Shown: positions 1-8,269, counted from the stretch's first letter. The stretch: 18,069 bases of DNA from Opitutia bacterium (GCA_050506795.1 JBJHCF010000063.1:1-18069), one strand, 5' to 3'. Numbers and translations are program-made. The notes: a model not told the origin generated them from the sequence alone.

Positions 1-268
1 TTTCCTCCCCACCCTGGGGGCCACACTTTTTCAATGTTGCTTTTCATCTCCGGGGGCGCGTGGGTGTGTTTGGCTGTTCGGCTCCCCCTTCCCCCCGACA
101 CACTGCTAAATGGGGGGTAAGTTGGTTTTTTGAGTAAAAAATCCTGGGTGTCGTCCGGGCTGCAATCAATGATTGGGGCATGTCTGTCAACCTCGGCGTC
201 GGCCTTCACCTCAATGCCGACGAGGCGACCTTCCGGATCGACCCCCCAATATGACGCGGACATTTCAT

Positions 269-520
269 ATGAACGCGATCACCTACACAACGGCGAGGGA
301 GAATTTGGCTAGAACGATCGAGAAGGTAGTTTCGGACCACGATCCGGTAATCATTACCAAGAAGAATGATATGTCAGTGGTGATGATGTCTTTGGACGAC
401 TATGAATCCCTTCAGGAAACCGCTCACTTGCTTCGCAGTCCCAGAAATGTTCGGCGGTTGCTGGAATCGATCAATGAACTTGATGAAGGCAAAGGAACGG
501 AGCGGGAGATTATCGAGTGA
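269..520 (+). CDS. yefM: YefM/Phd-family antitoxin (83 aa)
   Basis: MNAITYTTARENLARTIEKVVSDHDPVIIT...VVMMSLDDYESLQETAHLLRSPRNVRRLLESI is a typical YefM sequence. The ATG at 269 is preferred over 173. The stop overlaps the next start (GTGA, 517-520). Confidence 0.95.
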   Translation: MNAITYTTARENLARTIEKVVSDHDPVIITKKNDMSVVMMSLDDYESLQETAHLLRSPRNVRRLLESINELDEGKGTEREIIE

Positions 521-771
521 AGCTTATCTTCTCTGAGAATGCCTGGTCGGAGTGTTTGGAATGGCAGAAGACCGACAAGAAAATCCTCAAGAGGATTAAC
601 GAATTAATCAAAGATACAAAACGGAATCCTACCTCGGGGCTCGGAAAACCCGAGCCGCTCAAGCACGCGCTCAATGGTTACTGGTCACGAAGAATCACGG
701 ACGAGCATCGGATGGTTTACAGGTACACGGCGGATTCCATTCTGATCGCCCAGCTCAAGTACCACCATTAG
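517..771 (+). CDS. yoeB: YoeB/Txe-family ribosome-dependent mRNase toxin
   Basis: KRINELIKDTKRNPTSGLGKPEPLKHALNGYWSRRITDEHRMVY matches the Txe/YoeB signature; translationally coupled to yefM. Confidence 0.95.
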   Translation: MKLIFSENAWSECLEWQKTDKKILKRINELIKDTKRNPTSGLGKPEPLKHALNGYWSRRITDEHRMVYRYTADSILIAQLKYHH

Positions 772-798
772 TCCGAATGGCAATCATATAAGCAGAAA

Positions 799-846
799 GT
801 AGAACACGCTTCCAGCGTGTTGTCTCAGGCTGGAAGCCTAAGCTAC
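799..846. repeat. GTAG-type REP doublet (A unit plus an inverted variant unit)
   Basis: GTAG-AACACGCT-TCC-AGCGTGTT, then the reverse complement of GTAGCTTAGGCTTCCAGCCTGA. Confidence 0.8.
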
Positions 847-934
847 TTCGATCCAGTGCCTTAACCGAGTAGATTCCTATTGGTCCCTCCATTTCACCCT
901 TGATTGGTACCGGCGCCGCTGGGTTAGGGCCTGT

Positions 935-971
935 AAAAGCCGTTTCCACCACCTGCAGGGGGCGGCTTTTT
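935..971. terminator. Putative bidirectional intrinsic terminator between convergent yoeB and the PIN gene
   Basis: AAAAGCCG (935-942) and CGGCTTTT (963-970) form an inverted repeat with A and T tails. Confidence 0.5.
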
Positions 972-983
972 GTTATCAGTGCG

Positions 984-1400
984 TCACCTTCCGGTCTTCG
1001 GCAGCTTGCGAAGGAAATCGACGGGGGAGAGAATCGGGATTTGCCGGTAGTGGCCGAGCGGGAGGAGATGTTTCTTGTCGCCGCTGACAATCGCATCGGC
1101 GTCGGCGGCGTCGGCGCATTCGAGGATAATTTCGTCGAAGGGGTCCGGGGTGGCGCCGGTGGCGCGGTCGATCGGAAAAACCATTTCCGCGGCGTCCTGT
1201 AGCGCGATGACCCAGTCCACGCACTTGCGTTTCGGGTAGTCGAGGCGCAGTTCTTCGAAAACCTCCTGATATTCGGTCAGCAGGGCGGGGCTGATGGAGG
1301 CGGTGACGCGGGCCTCCGCCCACGCGGCCAGGCACTTAAAGGGTGCGCCGCGCCAGAAGCATGCGCTGACCACGACGTTGGTGTCGAAAACGACTCTCAC
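984..1400 (-). CDS. PIN-domain (VapC-like) toxin
   Basis: MRVVFDTNVVVSA...EY...DPFDEIILECA...AIVSGDKKHLL carries the conserved acidic PIN residues; overlaps the upstream antitoxin by 4 nt. Confidence 0.92.
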   Translation of the reverse strand: MRVVFDTNVVVSACFWRGAPFKCLAAWAEARVTASISPALLTEYQEVFEELRLDYPKRKCVDWVIALQDAAEMVFPIDRATGATPDPFDEIILECADAADADAIVSGDKKHLLPLGHYRQIPILSPVDFLRKLPKTGR

Positions 1401-1654
1401 CGGGTGGATTTTCGGCGGACGCGTTTGATGGCTGATTCAAGCGCTTGTTCGTCGTCCGGTGTAATTTCCGGAAGGGAGCGTCCTTCGCGAAGCAGAGCGC
1501 GGACCTGATCCACGGTCAGCGGCCGGCGTTTCCGCATAATAACCATTCCCCCGACGTACCCGACATCCAGTTCATCACCCGGGCCGATTCGCGCCATGTC
1601 CCGGATCGCTGTCGGAATCACCGTCTGTCCTTTGGATGATACTTTAGTAAGCAT
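1397..1654 (-). CDS. AbrB/MazE/SpoVT-family DNA-binding antitoxin (VapB-like)
   Basis: TKVSSKGQTVIPTAIRDMARIGPGDELDV is the AbrB swapped-hairpin signature; lies directly upstream of the PIN gene. Confidence 0.92.
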   Translation of the reverse strand: MLTKVSSKGQTVIPTAIRDMARIGPGDELDVGYVGGMVIMRKRRPLTVDQVRALLREGRSLPEITPDDEQALESAIKRVRRKSTR

Positions 1655-1656
1655 GA

Positions 1657-1689
1657 AGTAAGATTAGGCTTACTGCCTGAGGTTGTCAA
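1657..1689 (-). promoter_or_regulatory. Sigma70-type promoter of the AbrB-PIN operon with a palindromic operator; probably leaderless
   Basis: Minus strand reads TTGACA (1689-1684), 17 nt, TAATCT (1666-1661), 6 nt, ATG. The palindrome AGTAAG-N6-CTTACT (1657-1674) straddles the -10 box. Confidence 0.75.
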
Positions 1690-1818
1690 TAGTTTCAAGG
1701 CAGTCGGCATTCCACCGGGTTTCTTCGCGCCGGCGGAAGACTTTCTCGTTTCCGGATGGTGCCTCTGATCCGTAGTTCAGCTTTGTTATGTTGCTACCAA
1801 ATTTACATAACTCGGAGG

Positions 1819-1904
1819 AATTGGACTCACACGGAGCCACAGAGCTCACGGAGGTGGGTCCTGTAAAAATCTCCGTGACTTTGTGCCTCCGTGTGAGCCC
1901 AATT
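1819..1904. repeat. Long inverted repeat built of CACGGAG/CACAGAG units
   Basis: Arm 1819-1853 AATTGGACTCACACGGAGCCACAGAGCTCACGGAG versus the reverse complement of 1871-1904 AATTGGGCTCACACGGAGGCACAAAGTCACGGAG: 3 mismatches, 1 indel, 17-nt loop. Confidence 0.85.
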
Positions 1905-2030
1905 TTCGCTGTATTTTTTGCTTCATTAAACGATGAACCGCCTTAACCGAGTGGCATTCGCCTTAGGTAAGCTTGCCAAAGTAGGATTAGGCTCTTGACC
2001 AGAATCGGAACGGAAAGAAAACGTATCCTC

Positions 2031-2546
2031 ATGAAATGCCCGGTTTGCAACGCGAAGGCCCGAATCCAATCCAGGAGTGACGAGACTGAGGGGCCGGTGT
2101 GTCCGGAGTGCGGCTGGGGAAGCGAGGTGTCAGAGGTGTCGGAGCGCACGGAAGCAATCCGTGGGGTGGGTTTTTATTTACGGTACGGGTTGATGTGGGT
2201 ACTGACGGTGATCGTTGTGGCGGGACCTTACTTGGGGATCCGGTACTTGTTGGTTGAGATGGGTGAGTTTGTGGAGACCGGCGACGCGCTGGCGAAGTTG
2301 AATCTCCATTACGGTTGGATCCTGTTGGCTTACATCGGAGTTTGCTGGGCGGTGACCCTCGAATACGACCGGAGCAATCTCGGGATCTTCGGCGGCCATC
2401 CGAACAGCAAATACAATCCCGCCTGGACACCCGAACAGCATGCCAACCGCTTCATGCGCACGTCGTCCGTTTTTCTGATGCCCGGCAAAGTCGTGGTGGA
2501 CACGGTGGCGACGACCTGGAACTTGTTGCGAAAGCCGAAGTCCTGA
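2031..2546 (+). CDS. Hypothetical membrane protein with N-terminal zinc ribbon
   Basis: MKCPVC...CPECG (two CxxC motifs) followed by two hydrophobic segments (YGLMWVLTVIVVAGPYLGI; YGWILLAYIGVCWAVTL). ATG 2031 preferred over TTG 1995. Confidence 0.7.
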   Translation: MKCPVCNAKARIQSRSDETEGPVCPECGWGSEVSEVSERTEAIRGVGFYLRYGLMWVLTVIVVAGPYLGIRYLLVEMGEFVETGDALAKLNLHYGWILLAYIGVCWAVTLEYDRSNLGIFGGHPNSKYNPAWTPEQHANRFMRTSSVFLMPGKVVVDTVATTWNLLRKPKS

Positions 2547-2590
2547 GAGTTGACGCGGCTAACAGCCTGTCGGCGAAGCCCGACAAATTC

Positions 2591-2689
2591 CTGGCGAGGC
2601 ATCGCCTCAGACCAAAGTAGCGCACGCATCCTGCGTGCCGAATTCACGCTGGCCTGCGACGAGCTCAGCCCAGTCGAAGCGTGAGCTAC
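2591..2689. repeat. Extended REP doublet (tail + B + A) with a 24-bp insert in the A unit
   Basis: GTAGCGCACGCATCCTGCGTGC at 2617, then TCACGCTGG[2653-2676]AAGCGTGAGCTAC. The tail 2591-2616 is homologous to 16762-16788. Confidence 0.85.
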
Positions 2690-2767
2690 TATTTCTATCG
2701 GATAATCATATAACTTGACTCAACGGTAACGACTTTTCGCTTTTCAGGATACTGGGGCGATGCCTGC

Positions 2768-4174
2768 ATGGGTGAGATGATGAACGCGAAGGAACTGAAA
2801 CGTTTGGGGATTCCGGAGGGACCGGCCATGGGGCTGGCACTCGAATGGGTCCGCGCGGCGGCGGAGGCCGGGAAGAATCCGGAGGATTTGCGCCGTGAGT
2901 TGGCGGAGGTCGTCGCCGGCCCGGATTTGTTTCGTGAGGATCCGGAAAAAGGACCGCTGGCGCGTGAACTCGAAAGGCCTCGTTTTTCACCGCGTGCCCA
3001 GGCCGCGCCATGGCGGATGTGGGGTTCGGGACTGGAGGATGAAGCCGTGCGGCAAATGGTCAATGCCTGCGACCTGCCGGTAGCGATCGCGGGCGCCCTG
3101 ATGCCGGACGCGCACGTCGGCTACGGTCTGCCGATTGGTGGCGTGCTGGCGACGGAGGGAGCGGTGATTCCCTATGCCGTGGGCGTGGACATCGCCTGTC
3201 GTATGAGAATGACGGTATTCGACCGGCCGGGCAGCCGGTTGGCGGGGGAAAAGGATCGTCTCGCCGGACTGCTCGAGAAGGAAACGCGTTTTGGGATAGG
3301 CGCGGCTTTTAAACGGCGGCGGGAGCATGCGGTGATGGACGATGACTGGAGTGTTTCCCCGGTCACCCTTCGGTTCAAGGACAAGGCCTGGGCGCAGTTG
3401 GGGACCAGTGGCTCGGGCAATCATTTTGTCGAATTTGGGGAATTGACCGTCAGCGGTCCCGGTCTCGACTTGGAACCGGGGAACTACCTGACCCTGCTCA
3501 GTCACAGCGGTTCGCGCGGGACCGGGGCGCAGGTCTGCTCGCACTACAGCCGGATCGCCCTGGACCGGCATCGCGAACTGCCGAAGCACCTGAAACACCT
3601 CGCCTGGTTGGATCTGGAGAGCGATGCCGGGCGGGAGTACTGGGAGGCTATGAACCTGATGGGCCGGTACGCTGCAGCCAATCACGCGGTCATCCACCGG
3701 CACATCGCAAAAGCATTCGGTGTGCCGCCGATCCTGGAACTGGAAAACCATCACAACTTCGCCTGGAAGGAAACGCATTGCATCGGCGGTAAGGAGCGGG
3801 ACGTCATCGTTCACCGCAAAGGCGCCACTCCGGCGGGCGAAGGGGTGCTGGGCATCATTCCAGGATCAATGGCCACGCCGGGGTTCGTCGTCCGAGGTAA
3901 GGGGAATCCGGAATCCCTGAACAGCGCCGCCCACGGCGCGGGCCGGGTGATGAGCCGCAAGAAGGCCAAGGACACGTTCGTTTGGGGCAATGTGCGCAAG
4001 GAGATCGAAGCGGCCGGGGTGTGGGTGCTGTCCGCCGGGACCGACGAGGTCCCCGGGGTGTATAAGGACATCCACCAGGTCATGACGGCGCAGGAGGATC
4101 TCGTCGAAATCCTCGCCCGCTTCGATCCAAAAATCGTGAAAATGGCCCCGCCCGGCGAAAGGCCGGAGGATTGA
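2768..4174 (+). CDS. rtcB: RtcB-family RNA ligase
   Basis: Motifs LMPDAHVGYGLPIGG, VGVDIAC, GSGNHFVE, HSGSRG, NHHNFA, HRKGATPA, IPGSM, SAAHGAGR and DEVPGVYKDI. The start may be 2777 or 2780. Confidence 0.97.
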   Translation: MGEMMNAKELKRLGIPEGPAMGLALEWVRAAAEAGKNPEDLRRELAEVVAGPDLFREDPEKGPLARELERPRFSPRAQAAPWRMWGSGLEDEAVRQMVNACDLPVAIAGALMPDAHVGYGLPIGGVLATEGAVIPYAVGVDIACRMRMTVFDRPGSRLAGEKDRLAGLLEKETRFGIGAAFKRRREHAVMDDDWSVSPVTLRFKDKAWAQLGTSGSGNHFVEFGELTVSGPGLDLEPGNYLTLLSHSGSRGTGAQVCSHYSRIALDRHRELPKHLKHLAWLDLESDAGREYWEAMNLMGRYAAANHAVIHRHIAKAFGVPPILELENHHNFAWKETHCIGGKERDVIVHRKGATPAGEGVLGIIPGSMATPGFVVRGKGNPESLNSAAHGAGRVMSRKKAKDTFVWGNVRKEIEAAGVWVLSAGTDEVPGVYKDIHQVMTAQEDLVEILARFDPKIVKMAPPGERPED

Positions 4175-4230
4175 GATCGGGAACCTGGTGTATTGCGGAT
4201 TCGGGGCTGATCACGTGGAGTGCGCAACTC

Positions 4231-4314
4231 GTAGCGCCCTGCTTAAGCGGGCGTTTGTGCGGTGTGCGAACGGCGGTTCCCGGGAAGGGAACTCCGGCTA
4301 AAGCACGGAGCTAC
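4231..4314. repeat. Second-family GTAG REP doublet
   Basis: GTAGCGCCCTGCTTAAGCGGGCG (from 4231) and an inverted unit reading GTAGCTCCGTGCTTTAGCCGGAG on the minus strand (from 4314); stem and loop differ from the main family. Confidence 0.65.
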
Positions 4315-4465
4315 GGGGAGCGGGAGAAAACGTTGGGCATGAGAGGGCGTGTTGTGGTAAGGTGCGCGGCACCCGACTGATGATTCTTGGGTTATTTCCC
4401 GGTGTTTTTATTCCGGTACCGACGGAAAACCTGAGGCGGATTCGATCGGGTGTCTGGAGCCATTT

Positions 4466-6112
4466 ATGCCCAACGATATGGAAACTTTGCTCGCAGCGGG
4501 CTGCAAGGCGCTTGCCGGGGGAGACTGGACGAACGCACGGGAGAATTTTCGGGTGGCTCTGGAGCGGGAGGAATCGGCCGAAGCCTACCACGGTTTGGGC
4601 GAAGCCTCCTGGTGGCTGGGAGACATGGAAGCAACGTTGAGCAATTTCGAGCGGGCCTACGCGGCTTTCCGGCGTCGTCAGGATCCGGCGCGAGCCGTGG
4701 AAATGGCTTTGCGGAACGCGTTGAACGCTTTCAATTACCTCGCCAACGACACCGCGACCGCGGGGTGGCTGGCCAGGGCGGAGAGGTTGATCGAGGCCCA
4801 TGGGCTCGGGGACTTGCGGGGCGAACTGTTGGTGATGCGTTCGAGCTGTTCGGAGGATTCCACCGCGGCCGAACGGTATGCCCTGGAGGCTTTGGAGTTG
4901 GCCCGGGCAACGGAGGATCCCGATCTGGAACTCTGGTCGCTCAGCAGTATGGGGGCGGCGCTGGTTGGGCAGGGCCGGGTGAAGGAGGGGCTATCTTTGC
5001 TGGACGAAGCGTTTGCCGGATCGCTTGCGGGTGAGGGACGACGGCTTGAGACGGTGGTGTTCACCAGTTGTGAGTTGATGAATTCTTGCGCGCGCTGCGC
5101 CGCGTTCGAACGAGCCGTGGAATGTATTCAAGTGGCCGAACGATTCGCCCGCCGGTTCGGCTGTCCATTTCTCTACAGCGAGTGCCGGGTGGTTTACGGA
5201 GAGGTCTTGCTGGCGACGGGAGATTGGCCGACGGCGGAGCGGGAATTGAAGAAGGGAATCGAGCTCTCGCGGGATTCCGTGCCGGCGTACCATGCCTGGG
5301 CGGTCGCGCTTTTGGCGGATCTGCGTCTCGCCCAGGGGAGGATCGAAGAAGCCGAGCGATTGGTGGCCGGACTCGAGGGTTTCGCTGTGACCGTGCCGAC
5401 GATCGCCCGGGTCCAGCTCTTACGGGGCGATCCCGATCTGGCCGCGTTGACAGTTGAGCGGCGCCTTGATGCGATCGGCGAGGAACCGCTTGAAAGCGTT
5501 CGTTTATTGGAACTGCTGGGTGAGACGGAAATCGCACGCGGCAAACGGGAGGTCGCCGCTGAACGCGCCCGGGGGTTGGTCGAGCGGGGTAACGCTAACA
5601 AATGTCAACTGATCACCGCTCGCGGCGAACGCCTTTTGGGGGCCTGTTCGCCCGAGGATGACACCGCGGCAGCGCGACGCCATTTCGACGCTGCGCTGTC
5701 TGAGTTTGTGCGATTGAACATGCCCTACGAGACTGGCCGAACCCGTCTCCTTTTGGCCATGTGTCTGCGCGGATCGGAACCCGGGGTGGCGCAGGTGGAA
5801 GCCCGCGCCGCGTTAACCACCCTGGACGGACTGGGGGCCATCCGGGATGCCGACGCGGCATCCCGGCTTCTCAGACAATTGGGCGTTCGGGCGACGCGCT
5901 CGTCCCCTCCTGGTCTCCAGCCCCTAACCAAACGGGAACGCGAGGTTTTTGTTTTGTTGGGCGAGGGGCTCTCCAATCCCGAGATCGCCCAAAGGCTGTT
6001 TATCAGCCGCAAGACCGTCGAACACCATGTCGGCCACATCCTCGGCAAACTCGACCTGAAAAGTCGCGCCCAAGCCGCGGCCGAAGCAGTGAGACGGGTT
6101 ATACCCGACTAA
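4466..6112 (+). CDS. TPR-repeat transcriptional regulator with C-terminal LuxR HTH
   Basis: Ala/Leu-rich helical repeats; the C-terminal LTKREREVFVLLGEGLSNPEIAQRLFISRKTVEHHVGHILGKLDLKSR is a LuxR/GerE HTH. Confidence 0.92.
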   Translation: MPNDMETLLAAGCKALAGGDWTNARENFRVALEREESAEAYHGLGEASWWLGDMEATLSNFERAYAAFRRRQDPARAVEMALRNALNAFNYLANDTATAGWLARAERLIEAHGLGDLRGELLVMRSSCSEDSTAAERYALEALELARATEDPDLELWSLSSMGAALVGQGRVKEGLSLLDEAFAGSLAGEGRRLETVVFTSCELMNSCARCAAFERAVECIQVAERFARRFGCPFLYSECRVVYGEVLLATGDWPTAERELKKGIELSRDSVPAYHAWAVALLADLRLAQGRIEEAERLVAGLEGFAVTVPTIARVQLLRGDPDLAALTVERRLDAIGEEPLESVRLLELLGETEIARGKREVAAERARGLVERGNANKCQLITARGERLLGACSPEDDTAAARRHFDAALSEFVRLNMPYETGRTRLLLAMCLRGSEPGVAQVEARAALTTLDGLGAIRDADAASRLLRQLGVRATRSSPPGLQPLTKREREVFVLLGEGLSNPEIAQRLFISRKTVEHHVGHILGKLDLKSRAQAAAEAVRRVIPD

Positions 6113-6180
6113 GCTGTGCGGCACGTTTGTGGCGGTGGATCGAAGGAGTTTAGGCTTATCGGAATCCCGTCGGCCCTTCC

Positions 6181-6302
6181 CCTGGAGGGCCATGCTCTCG
6201 CATGGCCGGGGTCGTCCCGAGCGGAAGTGGGGACCCGTTCCCTTCGCAACGGTCGCTTCCGGGACCACACCTTACGGCGGCACGGGAGCGCCTCCCTCCA
6301 GG
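6181..6302. repeat. GGAG-type REP-like doublet (third family, right unit degenerate)
   Basis: CCTGGAGGG (6181-6189) and CCCTCCAGG (6294-6302) are inverted ends; the left unit is GGAG followed by the hairpin GGCCATGC-TCTC-GCATGGCC. Confidence 0.55.
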
Positions 6303-6329
6303 AGGTGTTGGCGCAGAATTCACTGAAAA

Positions 6330-6374
6330 ATAGGGGAGTTCCCCGATGCGGGGAGGCGCTGGAACGATTATGAT
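6330..6374 (+). promoter_or_regulatory. Candidate activator box and -10 element for the TPR/monooxygenase genes
   Basis: 18-bp imperfect palindrome ATAGGGGAGTTCCCCGAT (6330-6347), TATGAT at 6369-6374, and SD AAGGAGG before ATG 6422. Confidence 0.55.
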
Positions 6375-6421
6375 TGGGCGGAGGAATTGGCGAAATTGGA
6401 TCAAAATGAAAGGAGGCTACG

Positions 6422-8110
6422 ATGAACGCTCTACACAGAATGAAATCCATTGCCGTGCGTTGCCGGAACATTTTGCCGGTTTTTGGAAAACTGTTGAACC
6501 CGAGGCTCGTCCCAACGAGTTGGCGACGGGACCGAGGTCCGTATTGTGCCCGAACCATTGTCGGTATTCTGTTCCTGAGTTCGGCCTGGATGTTAGCGGG
6601 CTGCGACGATGACGAACACGGACATGCCCGGCAGGCCGCGGACCACGGCCATGAAGCGCGGCATGGGGTGGTTAATTTCCCGATTTCCGGTAATGCGCAG
6701 GCTCATGAGGAATTTGAAACGGGCTTGGGTCACCTGCACCACATGATGTACGAGCAGGCTCGGCCCCATTTTGAAGCGGCGGCCGAGGCTGACCCGGATT
6801 GCGCCATGGCGCATTGGGGCATTGCCATGACCAGCTTTCAACCGCTCTGGCATCCGACGCCGGACGAAGGTTTGGAGCGCGGTAAGGCGGCCGTGGCGAA
6901 AGCTCGGGAACTCGGCGCACCGACGGAGCGCGAAGAGATGTATATCGCCGCCGTGGAGGCCTTCTTCACCGATCCGGATCCCGCCCGGGAAAGCCGGGCT
7001 GGCGATCACGAAGCACGGGTGAGGGCCTGGATGGAGGCCCAACGGGAATTGCACGAGGCGTACCCGGACGATGTGGACGCCGGGGCCTTTTATGCACTGG
7101 CGGAAGTCTGTTATGCCATGACCCAGTTCTCGCCGCGGGAAGAACGGGATTATACCCGCGAACGGCGGGCCGGGGCGCTCATTGAAGAGTATTTCGAAGA
7201 CCATCCGGAACATCCCGGACTCTTCCATTACCTGATCCACGCCTACGACAGCCCGGCATTGGCGCCCAAGGCGGAGGAAGTGGCCCGCGGCTACGACAAA
7301 CTGGCGCCCGATACGGTTCACGCCCTGCACATGCCGAGCCATATATTTGTCCGGCTCGGCCACTGGGAGGAAACGGCCGAGTGGAACGAACGTTCGGCGG
7401 CGGCCGCGCTGCGCGAGTGGGAAGAGGATTTTCATGCCAGCGCGCACTACGTGCACGCACTGGACTACATGATGTACGCCTACCTGCAAATGGGCGAAGA
7501 GGAAAAGGCCCGCGAGACGCTCGAACGGGTGCGGGGCGTGGACGAAATGTGGACCGCTCACTTTGCCGGCTACAACATCGCCGCCCCCCAGGCCCGGTAT
7601 TTCCTGGAGCAGGGAAAATGGGAAGAAGCCGCCAATTTGGAAACGGGGAAACCCGACGTCCTGCCCTGGGAGGATTTCCCGGCGGCCGAGTCGCTCATTT
7701 TTTATGCGCGCGGACTGGGTTCGGCGCGGACCGGCGACCTGGATCAGGCCGAGGTCGAACGGGACCGGATTCGCGAGCGCGTGGCGGCCCTGCGCGAGGA
7801 CGGGGATCTCTATTGGGCGTACATGACCGAGGCGCTCGGCGACGCCGTGGCGGCGTGGATTTTGTACGAGCGAGGTGAAACGGAGGACGCGCTTGCGCTG
7901 ATGAGCGACGCCGCCGACCTCGAGGATTCCATGGACAAACACCCCACCTCCCCCGGCGAGGTTTTCCCCGTGAGAGAACTCTACGGTGAGTTGCTGCTGA
8001 AAGAGGGGCGTTTTGACGAAGCGCGCGCGGAGTTCGAAGCATCGTTGGCACGTACGCCAAACCGTCGCAACGCCCTGGCCGCTCTCGAGCAAACCCTGGC
8101 CGCGCGATAA
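6422..8110 (+). CDS. TPR-like helical-repeat protein, probable lipoprotein, His-rich
   Basis: Strong SD; hydrophobic stretch ending in a LAG-C lipobox (Cys61); motifs DPDCAMAHWGIAM, HPGLFHYLIHAYD, HALHMPSHIF, HALDY. Confidence 0.85.
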   Translation: MNALHRMKSIAVRCRNILPVFGKLLNPRLVPTSWRRDRGPYCARTIVGILFLSSAWMLAGCDDDEHGHARQAADHGHEARHGVVNFPISGNAQAHEEFETGLGHLHHMMYEQARPHFEAAAEADPDCAMAHWGIAMTSFQPLWHPTPDEGLERGKAAVAKARELGAPTEREEMYIAAVEAFFTDPDPARESRAGDHEARVRAWMEAQRELHEAYPDDVDAGAFYALAEVCYAMTQFSPREERDYTRERRAGALIEEYFEDHPEHPGLFHYLIHAYDSPALAPKAEEVARGYDKLAPDTVHALHMPSHIFVRLGHWEETAEWNERSAAAALREWEEDFHASAHYVHALDYMMYAYLQMGEEEKARETLERVRGVDEMWTAHFAGYNIAAPQARYFLEQGKWEEAANLETGKPDVLPWEDFPAAESLIFYARGLGSARTGDLDQAEVERDRIRERVAALREDGDLYWAYMTEALGDAVAAWILYERGETEDALALMSDAADLEDSMDKHPTSPGEVFPVRELYGELLLKEGRFDEARAEFEASLARTPNRRNALAALEQTLAAR

Positions 8111-8138
8111 TAGGGAGAATACTACGTTTAAGTAAAAA

Positions 8139-8250
8139 GTAGATCACGCTTCTCCCGGCAAGCACGGGACTTCGCATGATGCTCAGCAGAGGAGTGAGTT
8201 TCGCACGCAAGATGCGTGCACTACTTCGGGTCTGATGCTTCGCCTCGCTG
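8139..8250. repeat. Extended REP doublet (A + B + tail) with a 37-bp insert in the A unit
   Basis: GTAGATCACGCTTCT...[8158-8194]TGAGTTTCGCACGCAAGATGCGTGCACTAC plus tail; apart from the insert it closely matches the reverse complement of 16762-16842. Confidence 0.85.
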
Positions 8251-8269
8251 TGATAAGGGAGACAAAACG

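Noticed and set aside
1..268. Possible gene or element end at the window start, including ORF 130-312 and a CGTCGGC/GCCGACG hairpin
   Set aside because: Homopolymer-rich sequence with no recognisable coding signal; may be a low-quality contig edge.
2568..2585. Hairpin TGTCGG-CGAAGC-CCGACA as a terminator
   Set aside because: Short stem without a U-tract; cannot be distinguished from a repeat fragment.
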